NCBI GenBank assembly: GCA_002403305.1
Contig: DHHM01000016.1
Span: 122,490-186,489, forward strand
DNA from: Bacteroidales bacterium UBA4772
GTDB taxonomy: Bacteria > Bacteroidota > Bacteroidia > Bacteroidales > VadinHA17
DNA: 64,000 nucleotides
Direction: 5' to 3'
The number at the start of each line of letters is the position of its first letter. Position 1 is the first letter of the stretch. Below the pieces are notes generated by a model, which saw only the letters and a program-made list of their open reading frames with translations, was not told the DNA's origin and ran no database searches. The position numbers and the translations under genes are program-made. Positions 18,879-29,595 of the stretch are shown piece after piece.

Positions 18879-20346
18879 TTTTCCTTTTAAACAATAACGT
18901 AAAGTATTTATCCTTAATCTCTGCCACGGCAAAGAAAATGAAAAGGAGTATAGTGTCAAAAACGATGCCGGTTATTTTGTTCTCCGGGGCCAGCAGTCGT
19001 GATAGTGCCAGTAGTACCACCGCCAGCGTTATGTAGAGCACTATCTTCAAAGTCTCATACTTTATCGGATAATATTTCATGCCCACAACATATGATAACA
19101 CCACCATTGACAGGTAGCAGGCCACGTGTGCCCATGCAGCGGCGATATAGCCGTAGCGGGGCACAAACAGAAGGTTTACCAGTACTGTTACGGCGGCTCC
19201 CGCCAGCGTGATCCATGCTCCGTAGATGGTTCTGTCATCTACCTTGTACCATATGCTTTGGTTGATGAAGATGCCGAGCAGGAGGTATCCCATGCTTACT
19301 ATAGGCACCACCACCAGTGATTCCCTGAACAGCGGTCCTATAATTATCTGCAGTGCTTCAACATACAGGTTTATACCCAGGTAGAGTATCAGTGCGGTTA
19401 TCACAAAATACTTCATGGTGACCGCGTATATCTCCTTCGCATCCTTGCTTCCGGCCTTTTCAAAGAAGAAGGGCTCCGCGGCAAAGCGGTACATCTGAAT
19501 AAACAGAGACATCAACACTCCCACCTTGTACCCTGCACCGTAAAGACCCACTGTGGCGAGACCCTCTGCGCCTCCTATCAACCGCCGCAGCAGTATTTTG
19601 TCAAGCACCTCGTTCAGTGACCCTGCCATGCCTCCTACCAGTAGCGGCCAGCTGTATGAGAGCATACGCACGAACAGTTTTCTGTCAAAAACCGGACGTA
19701 TCTTCAGCACATATGGCAACAGCAGCAGCAGCGTAACGGCTGACCCAACCAGATTGGCCACGAAGACGTAACCCACCTGCATATCCGGATTATATATCTT
19801 AAAAATCTGTTCATTTCCCCGCTCTGCCATCGTCGGCGCCGCCTTCAGGAAGAAAAAGACCGTGATAATGGTCACGGCCACATTTATGATCTTCAATATG
19901 CTGAAGGTTCTGGCCCTGTTGTTATTGCGGAGCCATGCAAACGGTATTGCCGAAAAGGCATCTATGGCCACTATCCATGAGAACATCCGTATGTATTCCG
20001 GGTGTTCCTCATAACCGAGAAATCCTGACACAGGAGTGATGAAAAGGCTCACCGCCATTATGAAAAAGGCCGAAGTGGCAAAGAGACTGACCAGGGCGGT
20101 GCTGTAAACCGTCTCTGCCGGCGCCTTTTTTCCCGAGAACCGGAAATAGGTCGTCTCCATCCCGTAGGTTAAAATGACCAGGGCCAACACCATCCAGGCA
20201 TACAGCTCCGTGACAACACCGTACTGTTCCCTGCCTAGAATATAGGTATAAAAGGGTGTCAGCAGAGCATAGTTCAAAAATCGCGGCACAACGGTGCCGA
20301 AACCGTAAATGACAGTTTGCCCTGCAAGCTTACGTATATCGTTCAT
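18859..20346 (-). CDS. Polysaccharide/oligosaccharide flippase family membrane protein (MOP superfamily, Wzx-like)
   Basis: 495 aa with ~14 hydrophobic helices. The N-terminal [21 protein letters not shown] pattern is typical of polysaccharide biosynthesis (Wzx/RfbX-like) proteins. Confidence 0.7.
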   Translation of the reverse strand: MNDIRKLAGQTVIYGFGTVVPRFLNYALLTPFYTYILGREQYGVVTELYAWMVLALVILTYGMETTYFRFSGKKAPAETVYSTALVSLFATSAFFIMAVSLFITPVSGFLGYEEHPEYIRMFSWIVAIDAFSAIPFAWLRNNNRARTFSILKIINVAVTIITVFFFLKAAPTMAERGNEQIFKIYNPDMQVGYVFVANLVGSAVTLLLLLPYVLKIRPVFDRKLFVRMLSYSWPLLVGGMAGSLNEVLDKILLRRLIGGAEGLATVGLYGAGYKVGVLMSLFIQMYRFAAEPFFFEKAGSKDAKEIYAVTMKYFVITALILYLGINLYVEALQIIIGPLFRESLVVVPIVSMGYLLLGIFINQSIWYKVDDRTIYGAWITLAGAAVTVLVNLLFVPRYGYIAAAWAHVACYLSMVVLSYVVGMKYYPIKYETLKIVLYITLAVVLLALSRLLAPENKITGIVFDTILLFIFFAVAEIKDKYFTLLFKRKNEDQNS

Positions 20347-20361
20347 GCTTAACTCTTACTG

Positions 20362-20369
20362 CAAATATA
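20362..20369 (-). promoter_or_regulatory. TAnnTTTG -7 box for the flippase-dut operon
   Basis: Minus-strand TATATTTG, 15 nt upstream of the ATG at 20346. It abuts the oppositely oriented box at 20370-20377. Confidence 0.35.
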
Positions 20370-20377
20370 TATCTTTG
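20370..20377 (+). promoter_or_regulatory. TAnnTTTG -7 box for the PPIase-pheS unit
   Basis: Exact TATCTTTG, ending 21 nt upstream of the ATG at 20399. Confidence 0.4.
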
Positions 20378-20398
20378 TCCTTCGTAAATAATAAGAAA

Positions 20399-21196
20399 AT
20401 GAGGAGTTCCTTACGCATCTTGTTACCGCTTTCAGCCGCAATGCTGCTGGCTGGTTGTACAACCGGCAGCGGATCCGGCGTCCGCGCCGAGATCAAAACT
20501 ACCGAGGGAGACATACTTATCTCCCTGTCTGACCTGACGCCCCTGCACCGCGACAATTTCATAAAGCTTGCCGAGAGTGGCTTTTATGACGGGGTCTCTT
20601 TTCACAGGGTGATAAAAGATTTCATGATCCAGACGGGTGACGGATCCACAAAACAGGATACGTCCATACTGAATGATGATTATACCATACCGGCGGAGAT
20701 CAACGACTCACTCTTTCACAGGCGGGGAGCTGTGGCAGCAGCCCGCATGGGCGATGATGTTAATCCTGACCGCAACTCATCAGGAACACAGTTCTACATT
20801 GTACAGGGAAAGGTTTACAACGATGAGGAACTGGCCAATACCATTCAGCGCATTGAGTACAACCACCGTCAGTATCTCTACAACAAAGCTCTCAGTGAGC
20901 TGCGTCGGGAGGCCATGCAGTCCGATAGCGTCGTCTCGGAGGATATGATTCAGCAGAATGCTATTGTCAGGGCTTATGAGGCGATGGAAGATGCGGGCCC
21001 ATATAGCATGCCGGAAGAACACATTAATGTTTACAAAACTACAGGTGGGACACCCTTTCTTGACGGTGCATATACCGTCTTCGGCGAGGTTCTGGAGGGA
21101 ATGGAGGTTGTTGATGCTATTGCCGCCACGGCTACAGACATGACTGACAGGCCGGTAAATGATATCAGGATAATAAATGTTAAGATCATAAAATAA
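20399..21196 (+). CDS. Peptidyl-prolyl cis-trans isomerase, cyclophilin type (lipoprotein)
   Basis: FHRVIKDFMIQTGD, GTQFYIV and YTVFGEVLEGMEVVD motifs. Lipobox LLAGCT after the Met at 20399. The ORF-track start at 20309 overlaps the divergent gene and was rejected. Confidence 0.85.
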   Translation: MRSSLRILLPLSAAMLLAGCTTGSGSGVRAEIKTTEGDILISLSDLTPLHRDNFIKLAESGFYDGVSFHRVIKDFMIQTGDGSTKQDTSILNDDYTIPAEINDSLFHRRGAVAAARMGDDVNPDRNSSGTQFYIVQGKVYNDEELANTIQRIEYNHRQYLYNKALSELRREAMQSDSVVSEDMIQQNAIVRAYEAMEDAGPYSMPEEHINVYKTTGGTPFLDGAYTVFGEVLEGMEVVDAIAATATDMTDRPVNDIRIINVKIIK

Positions 21197-21211
21197 TATT
21201 GGGCCACGGAG

Positions 21212-22255
21212 ATGATTGCCAGGATTGCAGAATTAAGAAAAGAGGTTGAAGATTTTCAGATATCAGGATCTGATCTGCTGGAGCAGTTCAGGATAACATA
21301 TCTGAGCAAGAAGGGCAGTATTTCAACGCTTTTTGAGGGGTTCAGAAATGTTCCGCCTGAAGAGAAGAGGGAGACAGGCAGGCTTTTGAATGAGCTAAAA
21401 CAGCTGGCTACCGACAAGTACAATGAGCACAAAGACCGCATCTCCGTTGCTGATACCGTCACTTCTGAAACTGACCTTTCCCGTCCGGCCTGGCCCTTCA
21501 GTGCGGGTACACGCCATCCCATATCCATTGTCCGCAACCAGATAATTGACATATTCAACCGGATAGGATTCACAGTTTCGGAAGGACCGGAGATAGAGGA
21601 TGACAATCATGTCTTTACCATGCTCAATTTTGCCAGTGACCATCCGGCACGCGACATGCAGGATACCTTTTTCATCAGGAAGAGCTCCGGCGTGGAGTCT
21701 CATCCCGACGATGTGCTTCTGCGAACACACACCTCATCCGTACAGGTGCGTGTGATGGAGAAAGAGCAGCCTCCCATCAGAACCATCTCTCCCGGCAGGG
21801 TCTTCCGCAACGAGGCTGTCTCAGCCCGTGCCCACTGCATCTTCCACCAGGTTGAGGGACTGTATGTTGCCGAGAACGTCTCTTTTGCCGATCTCAGGCA
21901 GACGCTTCTCTATTTTGCCGTAGAGCTATTCGGCAAGGATGTGAGGATAAGGCTCCGGCCTTCCTTTTTCCCCTTTACGGAGCCTTCGGCAGAGATGGAT
22001 ATAAACTGTAATCTGTGCGGAGGAAAGGGCTGCAGCGTATGCAAGGGCACAGGCTGGCTCGAGCTCCTTGGCTGCGGCATGGTTGATCCCAATGTCCTTG
22101 ATGCATGCGGTATTGATTCAGAAAAATATACGGGATATGCTTTCGGCCTGGGTATTGAGCGCGCTGCTATGCTTAAATACGGCGTCAATGATCTCCGTCT
22201 CTATTTTGAAAACGACATCAGGTTTCTTAATCAGTTCCGGTCTGAAATTTTATGA
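21212..22255 (+). CDS. pheS: Phenylalanine--tRNA ligase alpha subunit
   Basis: Class II aaRS motifs (HPARDMQDTFF, LRTHTS, GRVFRNE, FPFTEPSAE, AFGLGIERAAML). 347 aa. Confidence 0.95.
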   Translation: MIARIAELRKEVEDFQISGSDLLEQFRITYLSKKGSISTLFEGFRNVPPEEKRETGRLLNELKQLATDKYNEHKDRISVADTVTSETDLSRPAWPFSAGTRHPISIVRNQIIDIFNRIGFTVSEGPEIEDDNHVFTMLNFASDHPARDMQDTFFIRKSSGVESHPDDVLLRTHTSSVQVRVMEKEQPPIRTISPGRVFRNEAVSARAHCIFHQVEGLYVAENVSFADLRQTLLYFAVELFGKDVRIRLRPSFFPFTEPSAEMDINCNLCGGKGCSVCKGTGWLELLGCGMVDPNVLDACGIDSEKYTGYAFGLGIERAAMLKYGVNDLRLYFENDIRFLNQFRSEIL

Positions 22256-22301
22256 TTTTCATTAATTAATACTCACCTTTGTCATCCTAACCTCCCGAGT
22301 T

Positions 22302-23003
22302 ATGAAACAGCATGACTTATCCATGGTATTATGTGAAAAATGCGCGTTTGAAACAAACGCCGTCTTCCGCTTTCTGACCCGTGATGAGATTGACAGGCTA
22401 AACTTTGAGAAGGATTTCAGACACTACAGGAGAGGTGACATTCTATATCATGAAGGCAACCGTATAAGCGGTTTCTTCTGTATCCATTCAGGCATCATAA
22501 AGGTATTCAAGACGGGTGTTGACGGTAAGGAACAGATCATCCGTTTTGCACGCCGCGGCGAGATCATCGCCTACCGGTCAGTATTGAGCAATGAGCCGGC
22601 ATGTACTTCGGCCAAGGTTATCGAGGACAGCCAGGTCTGCTTCATCCCCTCCGAGTTACTGATACAGTTTGTAAAGACGAATCCATCCTTTGCCTTTGAG
22701 GTGGTCAAGCTCACCTGTAACGAGCTTGCAGAGGCTAACTCATATATTACTGACATAGCCCAGAAGACTGTGCGGGAGAGGGTTGCAGAGGTGCTGGTGA
22801 AACTGGTCGGCGATTTCGGTCTTGACGACCAGAAATTCCTCCGTATATCCCTGACACGTGAGGAGCTGGCGAACATCGTCGGCACTGCCACCGAATCTGT
22901 GATCCGTCTTCTCTCTGAATTCAAGAGCGACAGGCTTATTGAGCTCAGCGGCAGGAAAATTAAGATTATTGACCTCAAGGGTCTTGAAAAGTTGAGTTCT
23001 TAG
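22302..23003 (+). CDS. Crp/Fnr family transcriptional regulator
   Basis: cNMP-binding beta-roll (GDILYHEGN...G..KVFK...DGKEQI) plus a C-terminal HTH (LTREELANIVGTATESVIRLLSEF). Confidence 0.8.
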   Translation: MKQHDLSMVLCEKCAFETNAVFRFLTRDEIDRLNFEKDFRHYRRGDILYHEGNRISGFFCIHSGIIKVFKTGVDGKEQIIRFARRGEIIAYRSVLSNEPACTSAKVIEDSQVCFIPSELLIQFVKTNPSFAFEVVKLTCNELAEANSYITDIAQKTVRERVAEVLVKLVGDFGLDDQKFLRISLTREELANIVGTATESVIRLLSEFKSDRLIELSGRKIKIIDLKGLEKLSS

Positions 23004-23061
23004 CTTACCGGGCCCTGTTGTTCTGAAAAGAGGATTAACATATTTTCCCGGCACCGCTGTG

Positions 23062-24081
23062 TCAGAACAGTCTTCCGTCACTGCCCGGCACCAGTCCCAG
23101 GTGTACGTAGGCAATCTCCGTCGCCTCACGTCCCCGGGGCGTTCTTTTTATGTAACCTTCCTTGATAAGGAAGGGCTCATATACCTCTTCTATGGTTCCG
23201 CTCTCTTCTCCCACGGCTGTGGCAACGTTGTTCAGTCCCACCGGTCCGCCCCTGAACTTTTCAATGATTGTCTTAAGTATGCGGTTATCCATCTCGTCAA
23301 GACCGTGCTTGTCAATATTCAGTGCCTCGAGGCTATAGCGCGTTATCTCCAGGTCAATGGCCCCCGTACCCTTCACCTGCGCAAAATCACGTACGCGCCG
23401 TAGCAGTGAATTGGCTATCCTCGGCGTACCGCGGCTGCGTGAGGCGATCTCCAGCGCGGCGATCTCGTCTATGTTTATATTGAGAATTCCTGCTGATCTT
23501 TTCACTATCCCTTTCAGTATCGGAGTATCATAATATTCCAGGTGGAACTTTATGCCAAACCGGGCTCTGAGAGGGCTGGTCAGCAGGCCTGAACGGGTGG
23601 TGGCCCCAATGAGTGTAAATGGATTCAGCTTCAGCTGAACGGAGCGGGCACCCGGACCCTTGTCTATCATGATATCAATCTGGTAGTCCTCCATCGCCGA
23701 GTATAGGTACTCCTCCACCACGGGGCTCAGCCGGTGGATCTCATCTATGAAAAGAACATCCCCGTCTTCGAGGCTGGTGAGCAGCCCGGCCAGATCTCCG
23801 GGTTTGTCGAGCACCGGACCCGAGGTAACTTTCAGTTTAACCTTCAATTCATTGGAGATGATGGTGGCCAGGGTGGTTTTTCCCAGTCCCGGAGGCCCGT
23901 GCAGAAGCACATGGTCAAGAGCCTCTCCACGCTGCAGTGCTGCTGTGACAAAGACGTTCAGGTTTTCGGTAATCCGTGGTTGCCCCCTGAAGTCGTCAAA
24001 GGTTAGTGGCCGCAGCTGTTTCTCCAGTTCCGCATCACCGGCGAGGGTTATCTCTTTTCTCAGGTTGAACTGTTCGCTCAT
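23062..24081 (-). CDS. ruvB: Holliday junction branch migration DNA helicase RuvB
   Basis: Walker [12 protein letters not shown], Walker [10 protein letters not shown], sensor [18 protein letters not shown] and [15 protein letters not shown]. Confidence 0.95.
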   Translation of the reverse strand: MSEQFNLRKEITLAGDAELEKQLRPLTFDDFRGQPRITENLNVFVTAALQRGEALDHVLLHGPPGLGKTTLATIISNELKVKLKVTSGPVLDKPGDLAGLLTSLEDGDVLFIDEIHRLSPVVEEYLYSAMEDYQIDIMIDKGPGARSVQLKLNPFTLIGATTRSGLLTSPLRARFGIKFHLEYYDTPILKGIVKRSAGILNINIDEIAALEIASRSRGTPRIANSLLRRVRDFAQVKGTGAIDLEITRYSLEALNIDKHGLDEMDNRILKTIIEKFRGGPVGLNNVATAVGEESGTIEEVYEPFLIKEGYIKRTPRGREATEIAYVHLGLVPGSDGRLF

Positions 24082-24090
24082 TGTCCGAAG

Positions 24091-25641
24091 CTATTTTATG
24101 CGCCTGACGCCGCTCTCGGGCAGATTTACCGCCACCCCGTTTATACTTGTCTCTACATCATCACGGTAGGTGACTGAGAGAATCACTTCGCCCTCTTCAC
24201 TGTACTTTTTCCATGTGCGCGTCCTGAGGCCATTCCGGTAATAGCGATCCTCCCTGAGCCTCCCGCTGTCATACCACAGCATATGGTGGCCCACGGGATT
24301 ACCCTGTCTGTATTCTCCGCGGAATCTCAGTTTTTCATTGCGATAATATGCCTTCCACTCGCCTTCGCGTAGCCCCAGAAGATACTTGCCTTCTTCGATG
24401 TTGTCACCTGTTCTGAAGATCCATTCGCCGTTTCTCTCTCCGTCAGCATATTCTCCCCGTGCTATTACTTCTCCGGTGCGTGTGAACTCAGTATACTGAC
24501 CATCTCTCCTTCCCTGGTAATAATCCTCCTCCCTCAGCAGTTCTCCCTCCGGATAATACCAGCGCCATGTTCCGTCAATGCGGCCGTTATTGTATGATCC
24601 TGCCTGCTCAAGCCTTCCGGCAGCATTATAGAATTTCCATGCTCCGGCGCGCCTGTTGTTGACATATGCCCCCTCCGCCATCAATGTTCCGTCAGCGGAA
24701 AAATCCTTCCACGGACCGTTCCTGTTGCCCTCATCATCAACGATTCCTTCAGATATCAGGACGCCGTTATCATTATATATTTTTGCAATCCTGACTGTTC
24801 CGTCGCTGTTGTACTCACGGTGTATCCCCACCGGGATACCCTCTTTGAACGGACCTGAATAGATCAGCTTTCCCGATTCGTCATACCGGTTCTCAATATC
24901 AATCTCTGCGCTGTTGTCAATCTCTGTGCCGGTGACCTTGCCGTTGTCATAAAGCAGTGTAACCAGAAGCCTTCCCCTCTCATCATATTCCTTGTAATAG
25001 CCGTGAAGCATGTCATTACGATAATTTCTCTCGGTTTTTATTGTACCGCCAGGGTAAAAATCAAGCCATTCTCCCTGTTTTAGTCCTGCTGCATCTGTCT
25101 GGTTTATGCGCTCGCGGCTGATGAGGAAGTCATTGTTGTATTCAAACATGGTGACTATTTTTCCCTCTTTGTCATACTCACGTGACAGTCCGTCTTTTTT
25201 ACCGTTAATATAGGGGATTGTCTGTCTTATCTTGCCATCCGGATAGAAAATGCGTGCTACCCCCTCCTTTTTGTCGCCCGCGTATAGCTCTGAAGAATGC
25301 ACATAGAGTCCGTGAACCGCGTCTTTCTTATACCTGAAATAATATCCGTTTCTCTTTCCCAGAAGATAACTGATCTTCTCCGTCGTGTCACCTGCCTGGT
25401 CATAGAAGATCCATATGCTGTCAAGGAGAAAGCTGGTTCTTTTCCCTTCGGACTTAAGCACACCGGTGACATAGTAACCTTTCCAGTATCCGTCCGGCTT
25501 CCCGTTTCTGATAAATCCTTCGCTTGATATATTGCCGTTTGGATATTTAAACTGCTGGAAGCCATCCTTCAGTTCCCTGTTCTGCTGCGCAGCAAGGTAA
25601 AAAGGAATAAAAATCAGAAGGGTGAGTATAAGTCTCTTCAT
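24091..25641 (-). CDS. Secreted MORN-variant repeat protein (YwqK-like repeats)
   Basis: Signal peptide MKRLILTLLIFIPFYLAAQ, then ~18-20 tandem G.W..YY.NG.l...G.Y..G...G repeats. The start is taken at 25641 (the ORF-track start at 25671 overlaps nadA). Confidence 0.65.
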   Translation of the reverse strand: MKRLILTLLIFIPFYLAAQQNRELKDGFQQFKYPNGNISSEGFIRNGKPDGYWKGYYVTGVLKSEGKRTSFLLDSIWIFYDQAGDTTEKISYLLGKRNGYYFRYKKDAVHGLYVHSSELYAGDKKEGVARIFYPDGKIRQTIPYINGKKDGLSREYDKEGKIVTMFEYNNDFLISRERINQTDAAGLKQGEWLDFYPGGTIKTERNYRNDMLHGYYKEYDERGRLLVTLLYDNGKVTGTEIDNSAEIDIENRYDESGKLIYSGPFKEGIPVGIHREYNSDGTVRIAKIYNDNGVLISEGIVDDEGNRNGPWKDFSADGTLMAEGAYVNNRRAGAWKFYNAAGRLEQAGSYNNGRIDGTWRWYYPEGELLREEDYYQGRRDGQYTEFTRTGEVIARGEYADGERNGEWIFRTGDNIEEGKYLLGLREGEWKAYYRNEKLRFRGEYRQGNPVGHHMLWYDSGRLREDRYYRNGLRTRTWKKYSEEGEVILSVTYRDDVETSINGVAVNLPESGVRRIK

Positions 25642-25642
25642 T

Positions 25643-26590
25643 TTATAAGCCCAGTTTTGCCGATATATCAAGCATTCTCCTGATAGGTATCAACGCCTGT
25701 TTTGCTATCAACGGATCAACTATTATTTCAGGCTCTTCAAATTTAAGCGATTTATATATCTTTTCAAGAGTTATGAGCTTCATGAAATTGCATTCACTGC
25801 ATCCGCAGGTTGAATCTTTCGGCGGTGCCGGAATAAATATCTTCTCCGGCCTGGCTTTTTTCATCTGGTATATGATGCCAGGTTCTGTAGCTACTATAAA
25901 TGTTTTACCCTTATCTTTTTTTACAAATGAGAGCAGACCTGATGTTGAACCTATATAATCTGCAACAAGTCTAACCGGCATCTCGCACTCCGGATGTGCA
26001 ATTATCTTTGCGTCACTGTTTTCACGCTTCAGCTTCAGGATAGCCTCCAGGGAAAACTCCTCATGAACATGACATGCACCGTCCCAGACAAGTATATCCC
26101 TTCCCGTCAGGCTCTTTATATAATTTCCAAGATTACGGTCTGGTCCGAAGATTATCTTTTCATCCTCAGGAAGAGACTCAATTATCTGCCTGGCATTTGA
26201 AGATGTGCATGCAATATCACTCAGGGCCTTTATGTCAGCTGTTGTATTTACATAGGTAACGACAGTTCTTCCGGGGTTATCACTGATGAACTTAGCAAAA
26301 TCCTCCCTTCGGCATGAATCGGCCAGTGAGCATCCTGCCAGCATATCCGGAATGATTACCTTCTTTTCCGGTGACAGTATCTTTGCAGTCTCGGCCATAA
26401 ATTTCACTCCTGCAAACACTATAATATCAGCTTCAGTCTCTGCTGCCTCCTGTGAAAGCGCCAGGCTGTCGCCAATGAAATCGGCTATATCCTGAATGTC
26501 AGAAGTCTGATAGTAATGTGCCAGTATTACAGCATTTTTCTCCTTTTTGAGCTCTTCAATCCTGCTTGCGATATCTTTTTCAACAACCAT
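25643..26590 (-). CDS. nadA: Quinolinate synthase
   Basis: ILAHYYQ, FMAETAKIL, the three Fe-S Cys contexts (AGCSLADS, CHVHEEF, CPNMK-like CSECNFMK) and TEPGIIYQM. Confidence 0.9.
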   Translation of the reverse strand: MVVEKDIASRIEELKKEKNAVILAHYYQTSDIQDIADFIGDSLALSQEAAETEADIIVFAGVKFMAETAKILSPEKKVIIPDMLAGCSLADSCRREDFAKFISDNPGRTVVTYVNTTADIKALSDIACTSSNARQIIESLPEDEKIIFGPDRNLGNYIKSLTGRDILVWDGACHVHEEFSLEAILKLKRENSDAKIIAHPECEMPVRLVADYIGSTSGLLSFVKKDKGKTFIVATEPGIIYQMKKARPEKIFIPAPPKDSTCGCSECNFMKLITLEKIYKSLKFEEPEIIVDPLIAKQALIPIRRMLDISAKLGL

Positions 26591-27103
26591 ATTTTATATT
26601 ATAGTTTTAAGAAATTTATATATGATGCTTATTATATACTGTTAATTCTGTTCAAACAATTTTACGATTCATTTTGCAAAAATGGAGGTTAAAAGATTAA
26701 TAACAGCTTTTAAACACAACAAAAAGCATACCTTATTTGAAAAAGAGACAATTACCCATTAGATTAACAATTGTTACGTCTTTTTTGTTGACAGTGAAAG
26801 TTAATAAAAGATCACACTCCGGGTGTTGAGCAATGGTTGAAATATCATCATTCAGAAATGAGAAATTGTTTTTGAAAACAGAAAAAAAATACATGTAGGA
26901 CAAAGAACACGAGCCAGAACAATTAATGAACAAAAAATTAAAACGGTGGTTACATGTTATTAACAGATGAAACTTGCATGACCGCCAACTCTCAGACAGA
27001 TTTGATCAGCAATGTCACGCAAGTTACATCCGACCAATCAGATAAAATTGTTATTTACGAATCAAACAGGCTATGTTTTCTTTTCTGGTATTAATTACAG
27101 GAC

Positions 27104-27111
27104 TATATTTG
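27104..27111 (+). promoter_or_regulatory. TAnnTTTG -7 box for rpiB
   Basis: Exact TATATTTG, ending 20 nt upstream of the TTG start at 27132, in a 540-bp AT-rich divergent intergenic region. Confidence 0.35.
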
Positions 27112-27131
27112 TATAAAAATATAAGGGTGTT

Positions 27132-27572
27132 TTGGAAAAAATCATAATTGCCTCAGATCATGCCGGTTTCAGGCTCAAGGAAAAGCTCGTTACGTGGCTC
27201 ATTTCACACAGGTATGAAGTTAAGGATATAGGTTCTTTTTCTGAAGACAGCGTAGATTATCCTGATTTTGCCCATCCGCTGGCAGAGGCCGTGGAGAAGG
27301 GTGATTTCAGCTACGGCATAACCATATGCGGTTCTGGCAACGGCATCAATATGGCGACCAACAAGCATCAGAAGATAAGGTCTGCTGTATGTTGGTGTGA
27401 GGAAATCAGTAAGCTTGCCAGGTCACACAACGACGCCAACATCTGTTCGCTTCCGGGACGGTTCCTGAAGGAGGCTGAAGCAATAGCGATAGTCAAAACT
27501 TTTCTTACAACAGATTTTGAGGGAGGCAGGCACAAGAGAAGGATTGACAAAATTCCGGTAAAGAACCCCTAG
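27132..27572 (+). CDS. rpiB: Ribose-5-phosphate isomerase B
   Basis: IIASDHAGFRLKE, ICGSGNGINMATNK and NDANICSLPGRF motifs (RpiB/LacAB family). TTG start. Confidence 0.85.
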   Translation: MEKIIIASDHAGFRLKEKLVTWLISHRYEVKDIGSFSEDSVDYPDFAHPLAEAVEKGDFSYGITICGSGNGINMATNKHQKIRSAVCWCEEISKLARSHNDANICSLPGRFLKEAEAIAIVKTFLTTDFEGGRHKRRIDKIPVKNP

Positions 27573-28013
27573 ATGCTTTCATCAACATGCAAATACGGCA
27601 TCAGGGCTGTGATCTTTATTGCGGCAAAACCTGAACAGAACACACATACAGGACTCAGGGAGGTATCTGAAAAGCTGAAAATCCCGCAGCCCTATCTGGC
27701 GAAGATTCTCCAGATACTGACGAAGAAAAAGATACTTCATTCATCAAAGGGTCCGCACGGCGGATTTATCCTGATGGTCCCCGCCTCTGATCTTACCCTG
27801 ATGGATATAATAGATGCTATTGACGGAAGGGATTTCTTTGACAGCTGTTACATCACCGGGGAGAAATGCAATTTTGATGAGCCCGACAGGGGAGTCTGCA
27901 TTCTTCACAATGATCTGAGGAAGGAAAAGGTACGCCTGGAAAAATTCTTCAGCTCAAAGAGCATTGAAGCGTGTGCCGCGCAGCTGAAGAAATATCCGTC
28001 GATCAGGCTCTGA
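27573..28013 (+). CDS. Rrf2 family transcriptional regulator
   Basis: N-terminal winged helix (KYGIRAVIFIA......L.EVSEKLKIPQPYLAKILQILTKKKILHSSKGPHGGF). It starts at the nucleotide after the rpiB stop. Confidence 0.8.
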   Translation: MLSSTCKYGIRAVIFIAAKPEQNTHTGLREVSEKLKIPQPYLAKILQILTKKKILHSSKGPHGGFILMVPASDLTLMDIIDAIDGRDFFDSCYITGEKCNFDEPDRGVCILHNDLRKEKVRLEKFFSSKSIEACAAQLKKYPSIRL

Positions 28014-28422
28014 ATCTTGCCAGCATCATTCTCGCCAGATAGGCTACCAGAAGACCGGTAAGAACACCCCCGACATTGGCCAGCAGGTCAAAAGTCTCAG
28101 CCTTGCGCGATGTGGTCAGGGTCATCTGCATGATCTCCATAATTGCTCCTAAGAGAAGCGGAATGAGCATGAGGGGATAAATGAAGCTGCGGTTCAGCTG
28201 CCATCTGCATGAATCGAGAAGCAAGACAGCCGAAAAAAAGGCATACATCGTAAAATGGCCCATCTTGTCAATATAGGGAATGTCGAGCATCCGTCCGGGA
28301 ACCATCGTTTTGCTTCCGGAGAGACTGAGCCAGGTGATCAGCAACCCGATGATAATGCTCTTATAATATTGTTTTATAATGCGATATAGCATGCATGGGT
28401 GATGAGATTGCGAAAATAGCAA
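28003..28422 (-). CDS. VanZ-like family membrane protein
   Basis: 139 aa with four hydrophobic helices and a DKMGHFTMYAFF motif. Family assignment is from memory. Overlaps the convergent Rrf2 gene by 11 nt. Confidence 0.5.
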   Translation of the reverse strand: MLFSQSHHPCMLYRIIKQYYKSIIIGLLITWLSLSGSKTMVPGRMLDIPYIDKMGHFTMYAFFSAVLLLDSCRWQLNRSFIYPLMLIPLLLGAIMEIMQMTLTTSRKAETFDLLANVGGVLTGLLVAYLARMMLARFRA

Positions 28423-28464
28423 ACTAATGTTGAATCTTTTGTATTTTTAGAGGATATATTTATC

Positions 28465-29595
28465 ATGGCCGGCGTCTACATCCACATACCTTTCTGCAGG
28501 AGCTTTTGCAGCTACTGTGATTTTTACAGCGTCACAGACTGCAGTGAAACGGATGCCCTGGTTGAGGCGCTCACACGCGAGGCTGCTCTGAGATCGGGCT
28601 ACCTCTACAATGAGACGGTGGATACTGTATACCTGGGGGGAGGAACACCCTCTCTGTTGAGCGTGGCCCAGGCAGAAAGGATTCTTGCTGCAGTGTGGAA
28701 GAACTTCAGTATAGGCAATGACCCTGAGATAACAGTGGAGGTAAATCCTGATGATATAAAGCCAGGGTATATAAGCTCCCTGGCATCCCTTGGCGTCAAC
28801 CGGATCAGTGTCGGAGTGCAGTCCTGGGATGACGACAGGCTTAAATACCTGGGCAGGAGGCATAGTGCGCGTCAGTCTGCCGAAGCGCTTGAGAGGATTT
28901 TCAGTGAGGGAATAAAAAATGTGTCGGTTGATCTTATTTACGGCATTCCGGGCATGACAACGGCTGACCTGAGGCAGGATATTGAGAAGACACTGACCTT
29001 TCCCGTGACACATATTTCAGCCTATCATCTGACGATAGAGGAGGGGACACCTCTCCACCGCCTCAGGGAGAAAGGGAAGCTCACTGAGACAGACGAGGAG
29101 ACCAGCAATTCGATGTTCATGCTGTTGATAAGCCTGTTGAGGGAGAGGGGATTTATTCATTACGAGATCTCAAATTTTGCCCTTGAAGGATTTATCTCGA
29201 GACACAATTCAGCATACTGGAAGCAGGTGCCCTACATAGGCCTGGGACCCTCGGCACATTCTTTTGACAGAAGGTCGAGGCAGTGGAACATCTCAGACGT
29301 CAGGGAGTATATCAGATCGGTAAATGAAGGGAAGGTATCGTCTGAACGGGAGGAGCTTGACAGGCTGACCCTCTTCAACGAGTACATCATGACCGCTCTG
29401 CGCACCGCATGGGGTATCGATCTCACACATGTTGAAAACAGCTATGACAAGGAGCTCCATGATTACCTTGTCAACATGTCGGGTAAATATATCCGATACG
29501 GGCTGATGAAAAGGGAAAGAGACACCCTGGTCCTGACGGATCAGGGCAGGATGATCTCTGATAATATTATTGCGGAACTGCTTATGGAGCTGTGA
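28465..29595 (+). CDS. hemW: Radical SAM heme chaperone HemW (HemN-like, oxygen-independent coproporphyrinogen oxidase family)
   Basis: YIHIPFCRSFCSYCDF radical-SAM CxxxCxxC motif, GGGTPS, and an HemN_C-like C-terminus. 376 aa. Confidence 0.85.
   Translation: MAGVYIHIPFCRSFCSYCDFYSVTDCSETDALVEALTREAALRSGYLYNETVDTVYLGGGTPSLLSVAQAERILAAVWKNFSIGNDPEITVEVNPDDIKPGYISSLASLGVNRISVGVQSWDDDRLKYLGRRHSARQSAEALERIFSEGIKNVSVDLIYGIPGMTTADLRQDIEKTLTFPVTHISAYHLTIEEGTPLHRLREKGKLTETDEETSNSMFMLLISLLRERGFIHYEISNFALEGFISRHNSAYWKQVPYIGLGPSAHSFDRRSRQWNISDVREYIRSVNEGKVSSEREELDRLTLFNEYIMTALRTAWGIDLTHVENSYDKELHDYLVNMSGKYIRYGLMKRERDTLVLTDQGRMISDNIIAELLMEL

Noticed and set aside
18879-18959. Longer N-terminal extensions offered by the ORF track (dut from 18959, PPIase from 20309, DUF4292-like from 16828, MORN protein from 25671, lspA from 5737)
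   Set aside because: Each extension overlaps the neighbouring gene or promoter box and precedes an internal Met that gives a canonical N-terminus (a signal peptide or lipobox, or the conserved family start).
26733-26933. 66-aa ORF in the AT-rich nadA/rpiB divergent intergenic region
   Set aside because: An AT-rich Asn/Phe/Lys-heavy translation with no promoter box upstream and no motif. The region is more likely pure regulatory spacer.
28447-29013. 188-aa minus-strand ORF overlapping the hemW 5' half
   Set aside because: hemW on the plus strand has the radical-SAM CxxxCxxC motif. The antisense ORF has none and would overlap the VanZ-hemW promoter region.
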